NCBI RefSeq assembly: GCF_004010195.1
Contig: NC_057759.1
Coordinates: 1,619,069 to 1,683,068 of the forward strand
DNA from: Chiloscyllium plagiosum
Lineage: Eukaryota
Direction of reading: 5' to 3'
DNA: 64,000 nucleotides
Shown here: in pieces, positions 39,651 to 52,340 of the stretch
Position numbering within the stretch: position 1 is the stretch's first letter
How the letters are laid out: every line of letters begins with the position of its first letter
The notes under the pieces: model-generated
The model's database searches: none
What the model was told of the DNA's origin: nothing
Seen by the model: only the letters and a program-made list of their open reading frames with translations
Made by a program: the position numbers and the translations under genes

Positions 39651-41289
39651 GTGACACTTTAATTGGGAAATAACTGCAACATTGCTTTAGAGTTACAGCT
39701 CAGTTCGATGTGATTAAAAACAGCAATTTTCAAAGAAAGATTAAACCACAGAAAATTGCTTAGGAGTTTGTTTCCTTCCGTGGCCCAAACAGTAACATAA
39801 TGTGCTTAGTTGCTTCCCATTTCATGTATAGGTTTAGTCTCTGTAGCTAATGAGGCTGGCGCAGGGAGGGGTAGGTGCAAGTAGCATTACTAAATGTTTT
39901 TGAAAGCTGCTTTTGGCAAAAGAATTCTTTGCCGGATTGTGCATCAGGCAGACCCCAAAATATCCTCAGAGACTTGACACTCCTCAGAGGCCGGCATAAT
40001 TTGGTATTCAATTAATAGCACAAGATTCACTATGACATTCACATTGTCCAGATGTCATTGTCAACATTATTTTCTTCGCTCCATTTGCAAATGTGAGTTT
40101 AAACAGAAGAAATCCTTTGCCATTGGCCTTCCAAAACCACCCATGTGCAAGGGTTATGTCCTGATATTGTTTTAGGTAGATGACTAGTGTTGTCCTTCAA
40201 ACATATTAATTGGAGATCCCAATTGGATGGGGCTATCTTCTGTGGAAGATAGCCTTTGTATAGGCTATCGTCTGTGGAAGATAGCCTTTTTTACACATTT
40301 ATAAAATTCTAACGGGTATAGATAGTGTGAATAACCAAGATTATTGTCAAGAATAGGGGAGTCCAAATGTAGAGGACACAAGTTTAAGGGGGGAGGGGAA
40401 AAATTAAAAAAGGCCCCAAAAGGCACCTTTTTAACCCAGAGCGTGATGCATATCTGGAATGGCCTCCCAGAGGAAGTGGTGGAGGCTGCGACAACGACAG
40501 CATTTAAACGGCATCTGGATGTGCATGAATAGGAGAGATTTGGAGAAATAAGGGTCAAGTGCTGGCAAATGGTTTTAATTTAGGACATTTGGTCTGCGTG
40601 AATGAGTTGGACTGAAGAGTCTGTTTCCGTGCTGCTCATTTCAATGACTCTACCAAAAATGTAGGGTCATCCATGACACCATTGATTGGCAGAGAAAACG
40701 GCTGAACGGCTCAGTCTTATTCCCACTTCTTATGTTATGAAAACTAGTATCTGAAAATCTCAACTCTGCATGCCCATCAATAACACAGTTTGCACTGTTT
40801 TCTGAGGTTAACATTTCCAAAGTTAAGCAATCCTACTCCTTCCCACACTACCATTCAAAATCAAACTTCATCCTCCAACTACCTATGCAGCCAATCATCA
40901 GAATTGTACCCATTCCTGCTCAACAGCTTGAAATTTCTCCAAAACCTCAAGTGCCTCAACAACTCAGTATTCTTTTTTTTTGTAAAAGTCAACTCTCACA
41001 CATCTGACACCTTTCACATATCTTCACTGCATTTTGAATAGTCTCAACCTACACAATCATTGGCCATACGGCACACTCTTTTAGTCCTGGAACCTACCAG
41101 GTGAATCTCCTACAATGCAAATAGATCTCTTGCTAAATAAGGGACAAAATCTATTTAGTCATTGGGTATAGCCTGACCAGTGTGCTGCAGTAAATTTCAA
41201 CATGTGATGTTTCACTTGAGATGGCAACATAATCCGCAGTTCTATTTGTTTCTTACAAAACTTTCTGTGCCTCTAGGTTTTTTTTGAAA

Positions 41290-41650
41290 GAAAGTGTTCC
41301 TTTGTATACAGGCTGCCAGCATTAATCACCAGACTGTTAATTCAGAAAACTAAATAACTTCTTGGGGAATAAATATTAAAATCCCTCCGCGGCAGATGCG
41401 AAATTTGAATTCAATAATAATCTGGAAATCAAAGATAATGGTCATGAATCCATTGCCATATGTTGCAAAGCCCATCTGGTTCACTACGTCCTTTAGGATG
41501 CGAAACTGGCATCCTCACCTGGTTTGGGCCTACATGCGATTCCATACCCACAGCAATGCAGTTGACTCTTAACTGCCTTCTGTGCATTTGGGAATAGGCA
41601 ATAAATGCTGGTAAAGCCAGGGTCACTCGCATACTATGAACGAATAAAGA
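41290..41650 (+). mobile_element. SINE with Meta-domain-like core (other copies on minus at ~43670-43925 and ~62375-62690)
   Basis: CCCATCTGGTTCACTACGTCCTTTAGG...GGCAATAAATGCTGG, present three times in the window. The family name is from recall. Confidence 0.55.
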
Positions 41651-42076
41651 TAGGTTTTTCAGTCCCCTCCCCAACTAAATCATACCTGATAGGCAATTAG
41701 TACTTTCCAATTTAATATCTCATTTTTTCCACATTATTCTCTGTTCTATTCATAGCTATTCACACAGTCTATCTCTCAACTATTTAACCGACGTCGTGAA
41801 CGGCGACACCTTATTATTTCCACCTAAGTTTGTAAATAATGAAGCTTTTCGCTACAATGCATTAAGTCCATTCACCCAGATCATGACATTAATTATAATT
41901 AATACTGATCCTTGTGACAGATAACATTTTTCCAGCTTCTCAATCTGATAATAGCCTGGTTAGCCAATCCTCATTGATACTTAAGAAAATAATCAATAAA
42001 GGTAATGGAATGCTGGCCTTTATATCGAGAGGGCTGGAGTATAATGATGCAGAAGTAATGCTGCAGTTATATAAAG

Positions 42077-42280
42077 AGGAGAAAGTGAGGACTGCAGATG
42101 CTGGAGATCAGAGCTGAAAATGTGTTGCTGGAAAAGCGCAGCAGTCAGGCAGCATCCAAGGAACAGGAGAATCGATGTTTCGGGCATAAGCCCGAAGGAG
42201 GGTTTATGCCCGAAACGTCGATTCTCCTGTTCCTTGGATGCTGCCTGACCTGCTGCGCTTTTCCAACCACACATTTTCAG
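42077..42280. mobile_element. Inverted (hairpin) PLE-terminal insertion with 16-bp TSD, inside a CR1
   Basis: TSD CTGCAGTTATATAAAG at 42061-42076 and 42281-42296. Arms ~42113-42193 and ~42200-42280 are reverse complements. Confidence 0.9.
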
Positions 42281-45200
42281 CTGCAGTTATATAAAGCCTG
42301 GTTCGGCCACCCTTGGAGCAGCTCTGGAGCCCATAATTTAGGATGGATAGATTGGCCGGGAGGGAATATAACTTAAATAGGCAAGAATGATTCCTGCACT
42401 TCAGAGCTTACGTTATGAAAAGAGATTAGTCAAATTGGGGCTCTTACCTCTAGAATTTGGAAGGTTAAGAGATGACCCGATTGAAGTCTTCAAGGTATTA
42501 ACAGGTAAAGACAGGGTAGATAAATATAAATTATTTCCATTGGTGGGGCATTCCAGCACGAGGGAGGGCATTGTCTGAGAATAAAGTCTGGATCATTCAA
42601 GAGAGATGTTCCGAAGCACTTCTGAGAATTCTCTTCCACAAACAGCAGTGGATTCTGGGTCAGTTGTTAATTTTCAATTACATTTTTGTTCGACAGCGTT
42701 CCCATATGGAGCTTAGCCATAGATCATCCATTATCTCATTGAATAGTAAACAAGTTGTAGTGGCTGAATGGCCTACTCCTACCTTCCTGATTCCTAAATA
42801 ACGGTTTCAGCGCTGGGAGAGAGAGAGACAGACAGGTAGAGACGCGAAAATAACACAAAGAGCTGTGGACGCTGGAGATCTGAACCGAGAACAGAAAATG
42901 CTGGGGAAGCTCAGCAGGTCTGTCAGCATCTGTGTAGAGAGAAAGCAGAGTTCTGTCCAGAACAGAACAGATGAAGACAACGCCCAGAAAGAAGCAAGGG
43001 GAAAGCAGATAAAGGAATTGTTGATATTTGTGAACAGAGTATGTTAAACTCACACCCAAAACCTATCTCGATTACTTTTAGCACAGCCAACCCAATATTA
43101 ATTCTTCCTTATCTCTATTATCCAACCTCACTTCATCGCTGGTTTCCTACTAACCAGCCCTTTGTTTGCCTTTGCCCTTTCCGCTCTCTCTCTGGGCACT
43201 GTCTCCATGCATTTTTCACACTCTAGACCTCTCCATACTATCGTTTTCTAGATACTTCCAGTTCAGAGGAAGGGTCATTGGATTTGAAACTTTAACGCTT
43301 TCTCTCTCTCTCTACAGCTGCTGCCAGACCGGCAGACCGGCTCAAGGATAACTCCAACTTCTCCAATATGAACCCTATTTGCTTTACTTCAATTGATATC
43401 GAAGTTTCCACCACCACCCCTCCCGTGCACTCTCTCTCTCTCTCTATCTCGCTATCTATCTCTTTCCCTTTTGATCATTCCTTTATATTCATTCTCAGGA
43501 TTTTGTTATTTTACTGTCCTCTCCGAAAAAGACAGATAGGAGAGGTCCATTCACTTTAACTGTCGCTAATTTCATGCTTATCAATTCCACAGATTTTCAC
43601 ACGGGAGGTCAAAGTCTAAAAAGTAGGGCCAGACTTTTCAGGAGAGGTTCTGGGCAGCATTTTTAAATTGTTAATGGAATGTGAGTGCCGCTGGTTGGAG
43701 CAACATTTATTGTCCAACCCTAATTAAACAAGGAGAAGCTCAGGATGAATCACATCACTGTGGATCTGGAGTCACATGTAAACCATACAAGTAAGAACTC
43801 AAGATTTCCTTCGCAAAAGGACATTAGTGAACCAAATCGACCTTTTTTCATGACAATAAGCATTGGTTTCATGATCATCATTAAATTCTTAACACTAGGT
43901 GATCATTGAATTCAGTTTCCATCTGTCATTACTGTCCATCTGTCTCTGTCTCTCACTCTCTACTATGGTCTTTCTCTCTCTCTTTGTCAATCAATTCATT
44001 CTGTCTTAATCTTCCTAACCCTCAAAGTATATTCTCTATCCCTGGACTATCCCTCTACATGAGAATCTAATCAGAGTTTGCATTGCATGAAAGTAGGTCA
44101 TTTGAGTTTGACTAAGAATTGCGTGCTTTACCGTTATGTTATGGTGGATTGTTTTGGCATGTCACTTGGGATAAAAAGTAGCATAGAAATTTAAATTTTC
44201 TTTGATTGTCCAGCAATAAGACTCATTAGTTTATGTTGTCAATTATTACTGTACGCTAATATCACTGAAACATAGGCCCAGATTTTTAAAAAAGGGAACA
44301 TCAAAGCCCTGCTCCTTCATTGGGTCCCACATCTGGTAGTAGGTTTAACTTTGGGTCTCTCCTTACAGGAACGGAAGGTTAAGATGGAGGTAACCTCAGC
44401 CGGTGTAGAATTGAACCCACAGTGTTGTCATTACCCAGACGCTATTCCAAATCACCATTGCCTAACCTAAACTCTAATATATGTAGACAAATAATGTTCA
44501 TTAGAGCTATACTGCATCCAGTCGGATGATATCCAGTATGGACGGATTATCTTATAAACTAAATAGGGTGGAGATCGACTCGCTGGACTTTGAAGAGTGA
44601 GAGGAGATCTCATTGAAACATACAGTGGCTTGACAGGGACAACGCTGAAATGTTGTTTTGCTCTCATGGAAGAGTAGGATGAAACGGTACAGTCTTAGGA
44701 AAAAGGAGCACCAATGGTATTATAGGACTTTCTTTTGAGAGTTGAATGCATCTGGAAAACATCGCCACAGAGAGCTGTGTGGGGAGCAGAATCCTTACGG
44801 ATGCAAACACTGAGAGAGATAGATGCTTGTTCAGTGAGGAATCAAGGAAAACGGCAGGACATGCAACGTGACTTATGTTCAATCAGCTATGATCCTATTG
44901 GATTGTGGAGCAGTCTCGAGGCGCTGAACGACTTTTTCATGTTGTCATTTCTTATGGACAACTCCCAATCATGGGATTTCCGTGACAATTTCAAACGTGT
45001 TCTGTAAGTTGCATCTTTGTCCAGTGGGTGCGAATCAGGCCTAAGTGGAGACTGAAAAGCAACATAACAGATTTGTCTCCTCCTTTACACAGAGGAAAGC
45101 ATAGCACACACGGCTCATTCTAAGCAACTGGATCATAGAGTCACAGAGATGTTCAGCACGGAAGCAGACCCTTCCGACCAACTTGTTCCCACCAACAACT

Positions 45201-45689
45201 TGCCCACAACCAACGTCAGGTTCACTGGTTTATAGTTCCCTGGCTTGTCTTCACCACCTTTCTTAATCACGTCTGTACTGGTCAAAAACATTCTAATCCC
45301 ACTTCCGCAGCACATGGTCCAGATCCTTGTCATTGCCAGTGCACACTTAAATCCTTCTTGAATATGATGACAGTTTCTGCCTCCCTCACCCTGACAGGCA
45401 ATGAGTTCCAGATTTCCCAACATCCTCTGTGTGAAAATGTTTTTCCTCACATCCCCTGTCATAATTCCCCGTTCCCATGAGTTTACGCCAATCAAATTCA
45501 GTTAGTCCAATCTGTCATCATCACTGAAACTCTCCAGCCCTCAAGGCAACATGCTACTAAATCTCCATCTGCAGATTCTCCTAATGCTATCATATCCCTC
45601 CTAACCAGTTACATTACACTTTTTCAATAAGTTATCTTTATTTATAATTATAAGGCACAACACCACAAGTAAAACAATGATCACAGCAA

Positions 45690-46850
45690 CAGATCTGTTG
45701 AGGGTGGTTTAGTGGTTTGGATCGGAAGTTGGCCGGCTGGAAGAAGACAGATGGTGTTGGTTGATGAGAAATTTTCACCCTGGTGTTCAGGTTATAGTGG
45801 TGTTCTGCAAGGATCTGTTTTGGGCCTCTGCTGTTTGTCATTTTTATAAATGACCGGGATAAGGGTTAGTAAATTTGCAGATGACACTAAGGTCATGTGA
45901 AGTCTGAAAGATGTTGCAGGTTACAGAGGGACATAGATAGGCTGCAGAGCTTGGCTGAGAAGTGGCAAATGGAGTTTAACGTGAAAAAGTGTGAGGTAAT
46001 TCACTTTGGAAGGAGCAATGGGAATAAAGAGCACTGGGCTAATGTTAAGGTTCTTGGTAGTGTAGATGAGCAGAGAGATCTCGGTGTCCATGTGCAGAGA
46101 TCCCTCAAAGTTGCCACCCATGTTGATAGGGTTGTTAAGAAGGCATATGGTGTGTTAACTTTTATTGGTAGAGGTATTAAGTTTCGGAGCCATTAGGTCA
46201 TGATGCAGCTGTATAAAACACTGGTGCAACTGCACTTGCAGTAAGGAGTACAGGTCTGGCCATTGCATTATAGTAAGGATGTGGAAACTTTGGACAGAGT
46301 TCTGAGGAGATTTACTAGTATGTTGCCTGGTATGGCGGGAAGGTCTTATGAGGAAAGGCTGAGGGGCTTGAGGCTGCTTTCGTTAGAAAGAAGGAAGTTG
46401 AGAGGTGACTTAATTGACACATACAATATAATCAGAGATTTAGCTAGGGTGGACAGTGACAACCATTTTCCTCGGATGGTGATGGCGAGCTCGACAGGAT
46501 ATAGCTTTAAACTGAGGGGTGATAGATACAGGACAAATGTCAGAGCAGCCCAAACCTCTACAAGCTTATAGCCCAGAGGGTCATAAATAATAAAAATAAT
46601 GAACAGTGGACATATGCAAGGAGTGCTTTCAAGCAATTTTGGACGTGGTTTTCTAACCACAAAGAATGCAAGGGGCAAAGAACAAACTGCCTGCAACAGC
46701 AGTAGACCCGCCAACTTTAAGAGCATTTAAATGGCTCTTGCATAAACAAAATAATGAAAATGGATGGGATATATAGGTTTCAGATTTGTCCCACAGGTCA
46801 GCGCATCATCGAGGGTTGAAGGGCTTATATTGCACTGTAGTTTTCTAATT
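45690..46850 (+). mobile_element. CR1 LINE RT/3' fragment
   Basis: SKFADDT and RLQRDIDRLQSLAEKWQMEFNVKKCEVIHFG. Confidence 0.9.
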
Positions 46851-47654
46851 TGTATCCTAGTCTGACATACATGTATAATCCCATCTTGGCATCTATACAA
46901 TGCAAAAGAGTGAAAATCACGTTAATGAACAGTACAGAATCATGAACATGTCCGACTGTGAGTGATGTACTTAAAGCATCAGATGATATTTTGGCACACA
47001 TTTTGACGAATATAATAAAAATAATTAGTGGGCATTTAAAGGGATTTCACAGATAACGGTCCTGAAAGTTTGACAAGCAGCAAATATCTGGAATGTCCCA
47101 TAATAGTCACCATGTGTAGTTGCAGTGGGAAGTTCACTAGGATGTTGCCTTAGGCGCAGGAGAGTTTATGTGATGGACAGAGATTGGACAGATTGGGGTG
47201 TATTTCCTCAGAGCAGAGAAGATAAGGTGTGGAGTGTGGAGGGTGGGGAAGGGGGAACATGGTTGAGATGCATACAATGATGAGGGTCATAAGTAGGGCA
47301 GACAGCAACCAAACGTTTATCCCTTGATGAGGGAGCAATGACGAGGATGGGGGGCAATGTCTGAAGGTAAGTGGCAGGAGGTTTCGAAGTTTTCTGTGAA
47401 CACCAAGAGGATGGTAGGAAATCTACAGCTCATTGCCTGTAAGAGTTGGAGAGTTGCAAACCGTCATTATATTGAAGAAGAATGTGGATGTGAACATGCA
47501 ATGCCAAGGTAGACAAGACTTTCGGCTGGCCAATGGGATGAGAGACTACTAAGGTGGTTGTTTTTCATCAGCCCATATTCAATGGATGGAAAGGTCTGCA
47601 ACTGTGCTTTAGCTCTCTAAGACTCTATATCATGCAAGTTTACAACGCCCACTC

Positions 47655-48270
47655 ATTGTCGAGAATGTGGTGCTGGAAAAGCACAGGAGGTCAGGCAGCA
47701 TCCGAGGAGCAGGGGAATCAATGTTTCAGGCACAAGTACTTAATTTGGAATGTAGCTTATGGGCCGGTTGTGCTGAGTGATAAATAAGAGGGGGGTGACT
47801 CTCGGTTGAAGGCAGCTGAGAATTCAATAGCTAGATAAAAATGGGGCAGAAGGTCGTAGATGAGGATGGATTAGATAGGTGGAAAAGATGATGGACAGGT
47901 CAAGGGGGTGGTGTTCAGTTGGAGGCGTGCGACTGGGATAAGGTGGTGTGAGGGGAAATGAGGAAACTCGTGAAATCCACATTGTTCCCATGTGGTTGTT
48001 GCTTCCCAAGTGGAAGATGAGGCGTTCTTCCTCCAGGCATCGGTGGTTAGGTTTAGGTGATGAAGGAGACCCAGGACCTGCATGTCCTACGTGGAGTGAG
48101 AGGTGGAGTTGAAGTGTTCAGCCACAGGGTGTTGGGGTTTCTTGGTGCGGGTGTCCCAAAGATGATGTCTGAAATGATCCGCAAGTTATATCCTGATATA
48201 GATGAGACCATACTGGGTGCAACGGATACAGTAGATGACATTTGTGGAAGCACAGGTGAATTTCTATCAG
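47655..48270 (-). mobile_element. PLE 3' fragment
   Basis: Minus strand MQVLGLLHH and EERLIFHLG motifs, plus the terminal segment. Confidence 0.8.
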
Positions 48271-48632
48271 TGTTTGCCAGAAAGCATTCCCTGGGCATGT
48301 CCACTGTTTGTTATTTTTATTACTTCTGCGCCTCTGGGGGATAATCTTGTCGAGGTTTTGGCTGCTCTGACGAATTCAGAAATACATATCTTCCTGTCCA
48401 ACTCAAAAACAACAGTAGAACGTTTGTGGCAAATTGAAGACCTGGAGAGTTAAACATGTTTGACAATGTATGGACAGTTTGCTGTAAAGGCCTATATATG
48501 ATATACGATTGAACGATGGCGGCATGATCTGTCATTGCTTGTGAACCAAGATAAATTCAGCAAATTCAGAAACAGGTAGGCACCTACCAGGACAAGGAAC
48601 TTTATAGGGGGTATTTTAAAATTAAATTTAAT

Positions 48633-48916
48633 TTAATCAGTGTGGAAACAGGCCCTTCCGCCCAACAAGTCCATAACGACCCTCCGAAGAGTAACCCACC
48701 AAGACCCATTTCCCTCTGACTAATGCACCTAATATTATGGGCAATTTAGCAAGGGCATTTCTTCTGACCTGCACTTCTTTGGATTGTTGGACGAAACCTA
48801 TGCAGACATGGGGAAAATGTGCAAACTCCACACAGAGAGTCATCCGAGGCTGGAATCGAACCTGAGTCCCTGGTGCTGTGAGGTAGCAGTGCTAACCACT
48901 GAGCTACCGTGCCACG
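48633..48916 (-). mobile_element. HE1-type SINE
   Basis: A and B boxes, V-domain and tail on the minus strand. Confidence 0.85.
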
Positions 48917-48919
48917 CTT

Positions 48920-49790
48920 TAATTTGCTGATGCCACAGCAAAATTGGATGTGTACTGCACAGCGAAGAACGTTACCTCGGACTACAACGGGACGTTTCTC
49001 AGATGGGCTGACGAACTGAGTAGTGGCACGTGAAGTTTAATTTAGATATATGTGAGGTGTAAGAAAACTCAGGCAGGACTTACATATGTAAGGGTAGGAT
49101 TTTGGGGAGCTTGCTGAACGATGAGACTTTGGTGGTGCTGGTTCATAGTTCCATGAACATGGAGACACAGGTAGACAGACAGTGAAGGTGGTGTTTGGCA
49201 TGCTTGCTTTATTGGTCAGTGCACTGAGTATACTGTTGGGAGATCATGTTGCAGATGTACAAGACATTGGTTAAGCCATTTCTGAATACTGTGAATACTT
49301 TTAGAATTCCATAATCTGGAATCTCTGTTGTAGGAAAAATGTTGCTAAACTTAAAAGCATCCAGAAAAAGATTCAGAAGGATGTTGTCAGGTTTGGAGAG
49401 CTTGATTATAGGGAGAAGCTGATTAGACAGGAGCTATTTTCCTCAGGATATTGGAGGTTGAGGGGTGACCTTTTGAGATTTATGAAATCATGAGCGGCAT
49501 GAACAGTGTGATTAGCCAATGTCTTTATCCCAGGCTACAGCAGTCCAAACCTAATATTTAAAAAGGAGCTAAGGAGCAGCCTTTCCACACAAAGAGTGGT
49601 GCATACATGGAATGAGCTGCTAGAAGAAATGGTGGTGGTTGGTACAATTACAACATTTACAAGTTATTTATATTGACATCAGTCGGAAAGGTTTAGAGGG
49701 ATATGGAACAAATATTGGCAAATTATACACGATTAGTTTAGGATATATAGTTGGTATGAATGAGTTGGACTAAATGGTCTGTTTCTCTGC
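48920..49790 (+). mobile_element. CR1 LINE 3' fragment
   Basis: Collinear with the other CR1 3' ends in the window. Confidence 0.8.
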
Positions 49791-49981
49791 ATGATTTCAT
49801 AACTTGCTCAGATCTTTGATCAAATTGCAACAAGTTGAAACAAGGGCATAAGGTATGTTTAAAACCTGAAGCATCATTAATTATACAACAGTCTTATTGT
49901 AAATATAAAATCAGATAAAAAATGTATTTTATCCTAAATGCATTCGTACAAAGACTTTGAGATAGAAGAACACATGCTTAC

Positions 49982-50278
49982 CTTTTGTTATGTGATCCTC
50001 CTTTCCATTCTCTCCAACTAAAACAGATTGATTGGATTGGGAAAGGATGGGATGTCCGTTAACCTCGGTTTTATGTCAACAACTGTAATTTCCCGTGGAA
50101 GAAGTTGTATGGTCATTGATGGTAAAGGCCGCAATATCTTCCAGACCAGTCACACGATATGTCTCTCTAAAACCTTCGCTTCAAACGATGGACGAGTAGA
50201 ATATTCTTTCTTTTGGGCGAATTGCATAATTGGTACCAGAATCTGACAGTACTTTAATCGTCGGTTTGGAGAGTTGGT
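49982..50278 (-). pseudogene. Decayed C2-type Ig-domain exon (LILR/IGSF1/A1BG-like)
   Basis: 297-nt phase 1-1 exon with donor AAAG|GTAAGC. Reads DQLSKPTIKVLSDSG...IFY....*...IAAFTINDHTTSSTGNYSC*HKTEVNGHPILSQSNQSVLV. TGA stops at 50181-50183 and 50076-50078. The B-strand Cys (CNSP) is out of frame and the acceptor is weak. Confidence 0.62.
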
Positions 50279-50550
50279 CTCTCACATCAGTTTAAAAAAA
50301 AAAATTTACAAAACATTCACACGTCATTTCTAAAGCAAAATATTTGAAAGGAGAAAGGTGCTGGAGGAAACAATTGCCAAGACAAACTTTTTATAAAGTC
50401 ATAAAAAATTATTAACTCTAATGATATCAGCCAACATCATATTTTAACGCACAGTACAATATATTGCTCGCCTTGAGAGAAATAATATTTCTTATTCAAA
50501 AAACAATGCACCGTGTAGAGTTACATAAATGCTTCAACACCGTCTGGTAC

Positions 50551-50848
50551 CGTAATATTACAATAAACTGGTAACCCTGAAAAAAATCCAATAATATTAG
50601 AAGGGTTTGATTAGGTGTTGAGAATTGAGTGTAATTTTAAACCTGTGTTGACTTAACCTTCAAAATTTGTTTCTTGTGTAGAATCAGACTTCATCTTACT
50701 GTGCTACATCAGTAACCACCCTTCTGCAAATGTAAAAAAGTCTCCGTATGGAAATAGTGGGGAGTTCGTAAGAAACACCTTGGTCTTGACTCAAGTGACC
50801 GCCTTCTCCATTAACAATGTAGTGGATCGAGGATAAGGTAGTTTTGGT
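50551..50848 (-). pseudogene. Second, more decayed Ig-domain exon of the same gene
   Basis: Good acceptor TTTTCATTTCTTCTAAG|. Fragments KTTLSS..IVNGE/AVT, RLFYICRR, NTG/NYT and PVYCNIT appear in Ig strand order across frameshifts. It is 298 nt to a GT. Confidence 0.35.
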
Positions 50849-51249
50849 CTTAGAAGAAATGAAAAGTAAGTTTCGAATAGAAGAGGGCAAGGGGTAAACA
50901 GCGACACAAGGGCAGGAAGGGTGAAGGATTCAAGCTAAAGAACCGCATCATCTCCTCGGGGGTGGGGGAAAACCCGGATTTCCCCTCCATCAGCCCCAAG
51001 GAATAACAAGGACTATTGGTCCTGAACGCTACCACAAACCTCCACAAAATAAGACAGGGTAATGGTTATGAGGGAGTGCACTGACTCCACACCTCGTCCT
51101 ACAGAACTACTCCGGGATGAGGAAAGAGCTCACATCAGCCCCATGGATAGTATGTGTTCTTGTTTTGCCTAGTTAATGATTGCACTGCTTCGAACTTGCT
51201 GCTTCTCGATAAACACTCAGAAGATTGCTACAAATGGCTGACTTCTTGT

Positions 51250-51830
51250 AATTGATTACTGTGATCACGAGCCACTGTAAAATCAACATCAAGCACTTTA
51301 CAAAACATTGAAATGCGCTGTACTTGTATTCACAATGGAGACCATCGATTTAGTGATTGCTGACAGCAGCCTACATCCCAGCATCCCATGTGAAAGTGAA
51401 GACTGCACTTGATGTAGAATGCGCCTCACAGCGCCAGAGACCCGGGTTCAATTCACGCCTCAGGCAACTGTCTGTGTGGAGTTTGCACATTCTCCCCGTG
51501 TCTGCATGGGTTTCCTCCGGTTTCATCCCACAGTCCAAAAATGTGCAGGTTAGGTGAATTGGCCAAGCTAAATTGCCCGTAGTGTTAGGTGAAGGGGTAA
51601 ATGTAGGGGAATGGGTGGGTTGCTCTTCAGAGGGTCGGTGTGGAATTGTTGGGCCGAAGGACCTGTTGCCACACTGTAAATAATCTAATCTAATCATAAA
51701 CATTCTTGAGATGAAATATTCTGAAGCCTCGATCATGGTAGTCGGTGAGTTCAACCAGGCCAATCTAAGAACATATGACCAGAATGGCACCATGTTCCCT
51801 GTCGCACCGAAGGACTGAACAGTCTTTACA
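51250..51830 (+). mobile_element. Rex1/Babar-type LINE endonuclease fragment with an HE1 SINE inserted at ~51421-51695
   Basis: LTAAYIP...VKTALD before the SINE and KYSEASIMVVGEFNQANL after it. Confidence 0.7.
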
Positions 51831-51960
51831 ATAGATTCATAGAATCATAGAGATGTACAGCAAGGAAACAGACCCTTCCATCCAATTTGTTAATGGCGAC
51901 CAGATATCCCAACACAATCTCATCTATCTGTCAGTACCGGCTCCTACCCCTCAAACTTTT

Positions 51961-52340
51961 TTAGATTAGATTAGATTAGATTAGATTAGATTAGATTAGA
52001 TTACTTACAGTGTGGAAACAGGCCCTTCGGCTCAACACGTCCACACCGCCCCGCCGAAGCGCAACCCACCCATACCCCTACATTTACCCCTTACCTAACA
52101 CTACGGGCAATTTAGCATGGCCAATTCACCTGACCTGCACATCTTTGGACTGTGGGAGCAAACCGGAGCACCCGGAGGAAACCCACGCAGACACGGGAAG
52201 AACGTGCAAACTCCACACAGTCATTCGCCTGAGGCGGGAAATGAACACGGGTCTCTGGCGCTGTGAGGCAGCAGTGCTAACCACTATGCCACCGTGCCGC
52301 CCACATGCCACCGTGCCGCCCACATGCCACCGTGCCGCCC
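51961..52340 (-). mobile_element. Young HE1-type SINE with triplicated 5' head and long (TCTAA)n tail
   Basis: ATGCCACCGTGCCGCCC occurs three times at ~52286-52340; (TTAGA)x8 from 51961. Confidence 0.92.

Noticed and set aside
46346..46726. 126-aa ORF with a signal-peptide or TM-like start (MLLKLAGLLLLQAV)
   Set aside because: It is a chimera of antisense CR1 and the inverted L2-derived patch.
48320..48535. Possible TM exon, or chemokine-like C..VVF...IC peptide in another minus-strand frame
   Set aside because: The opposite strand reads as an L2-type RT relic, and the exon structure does not fit.
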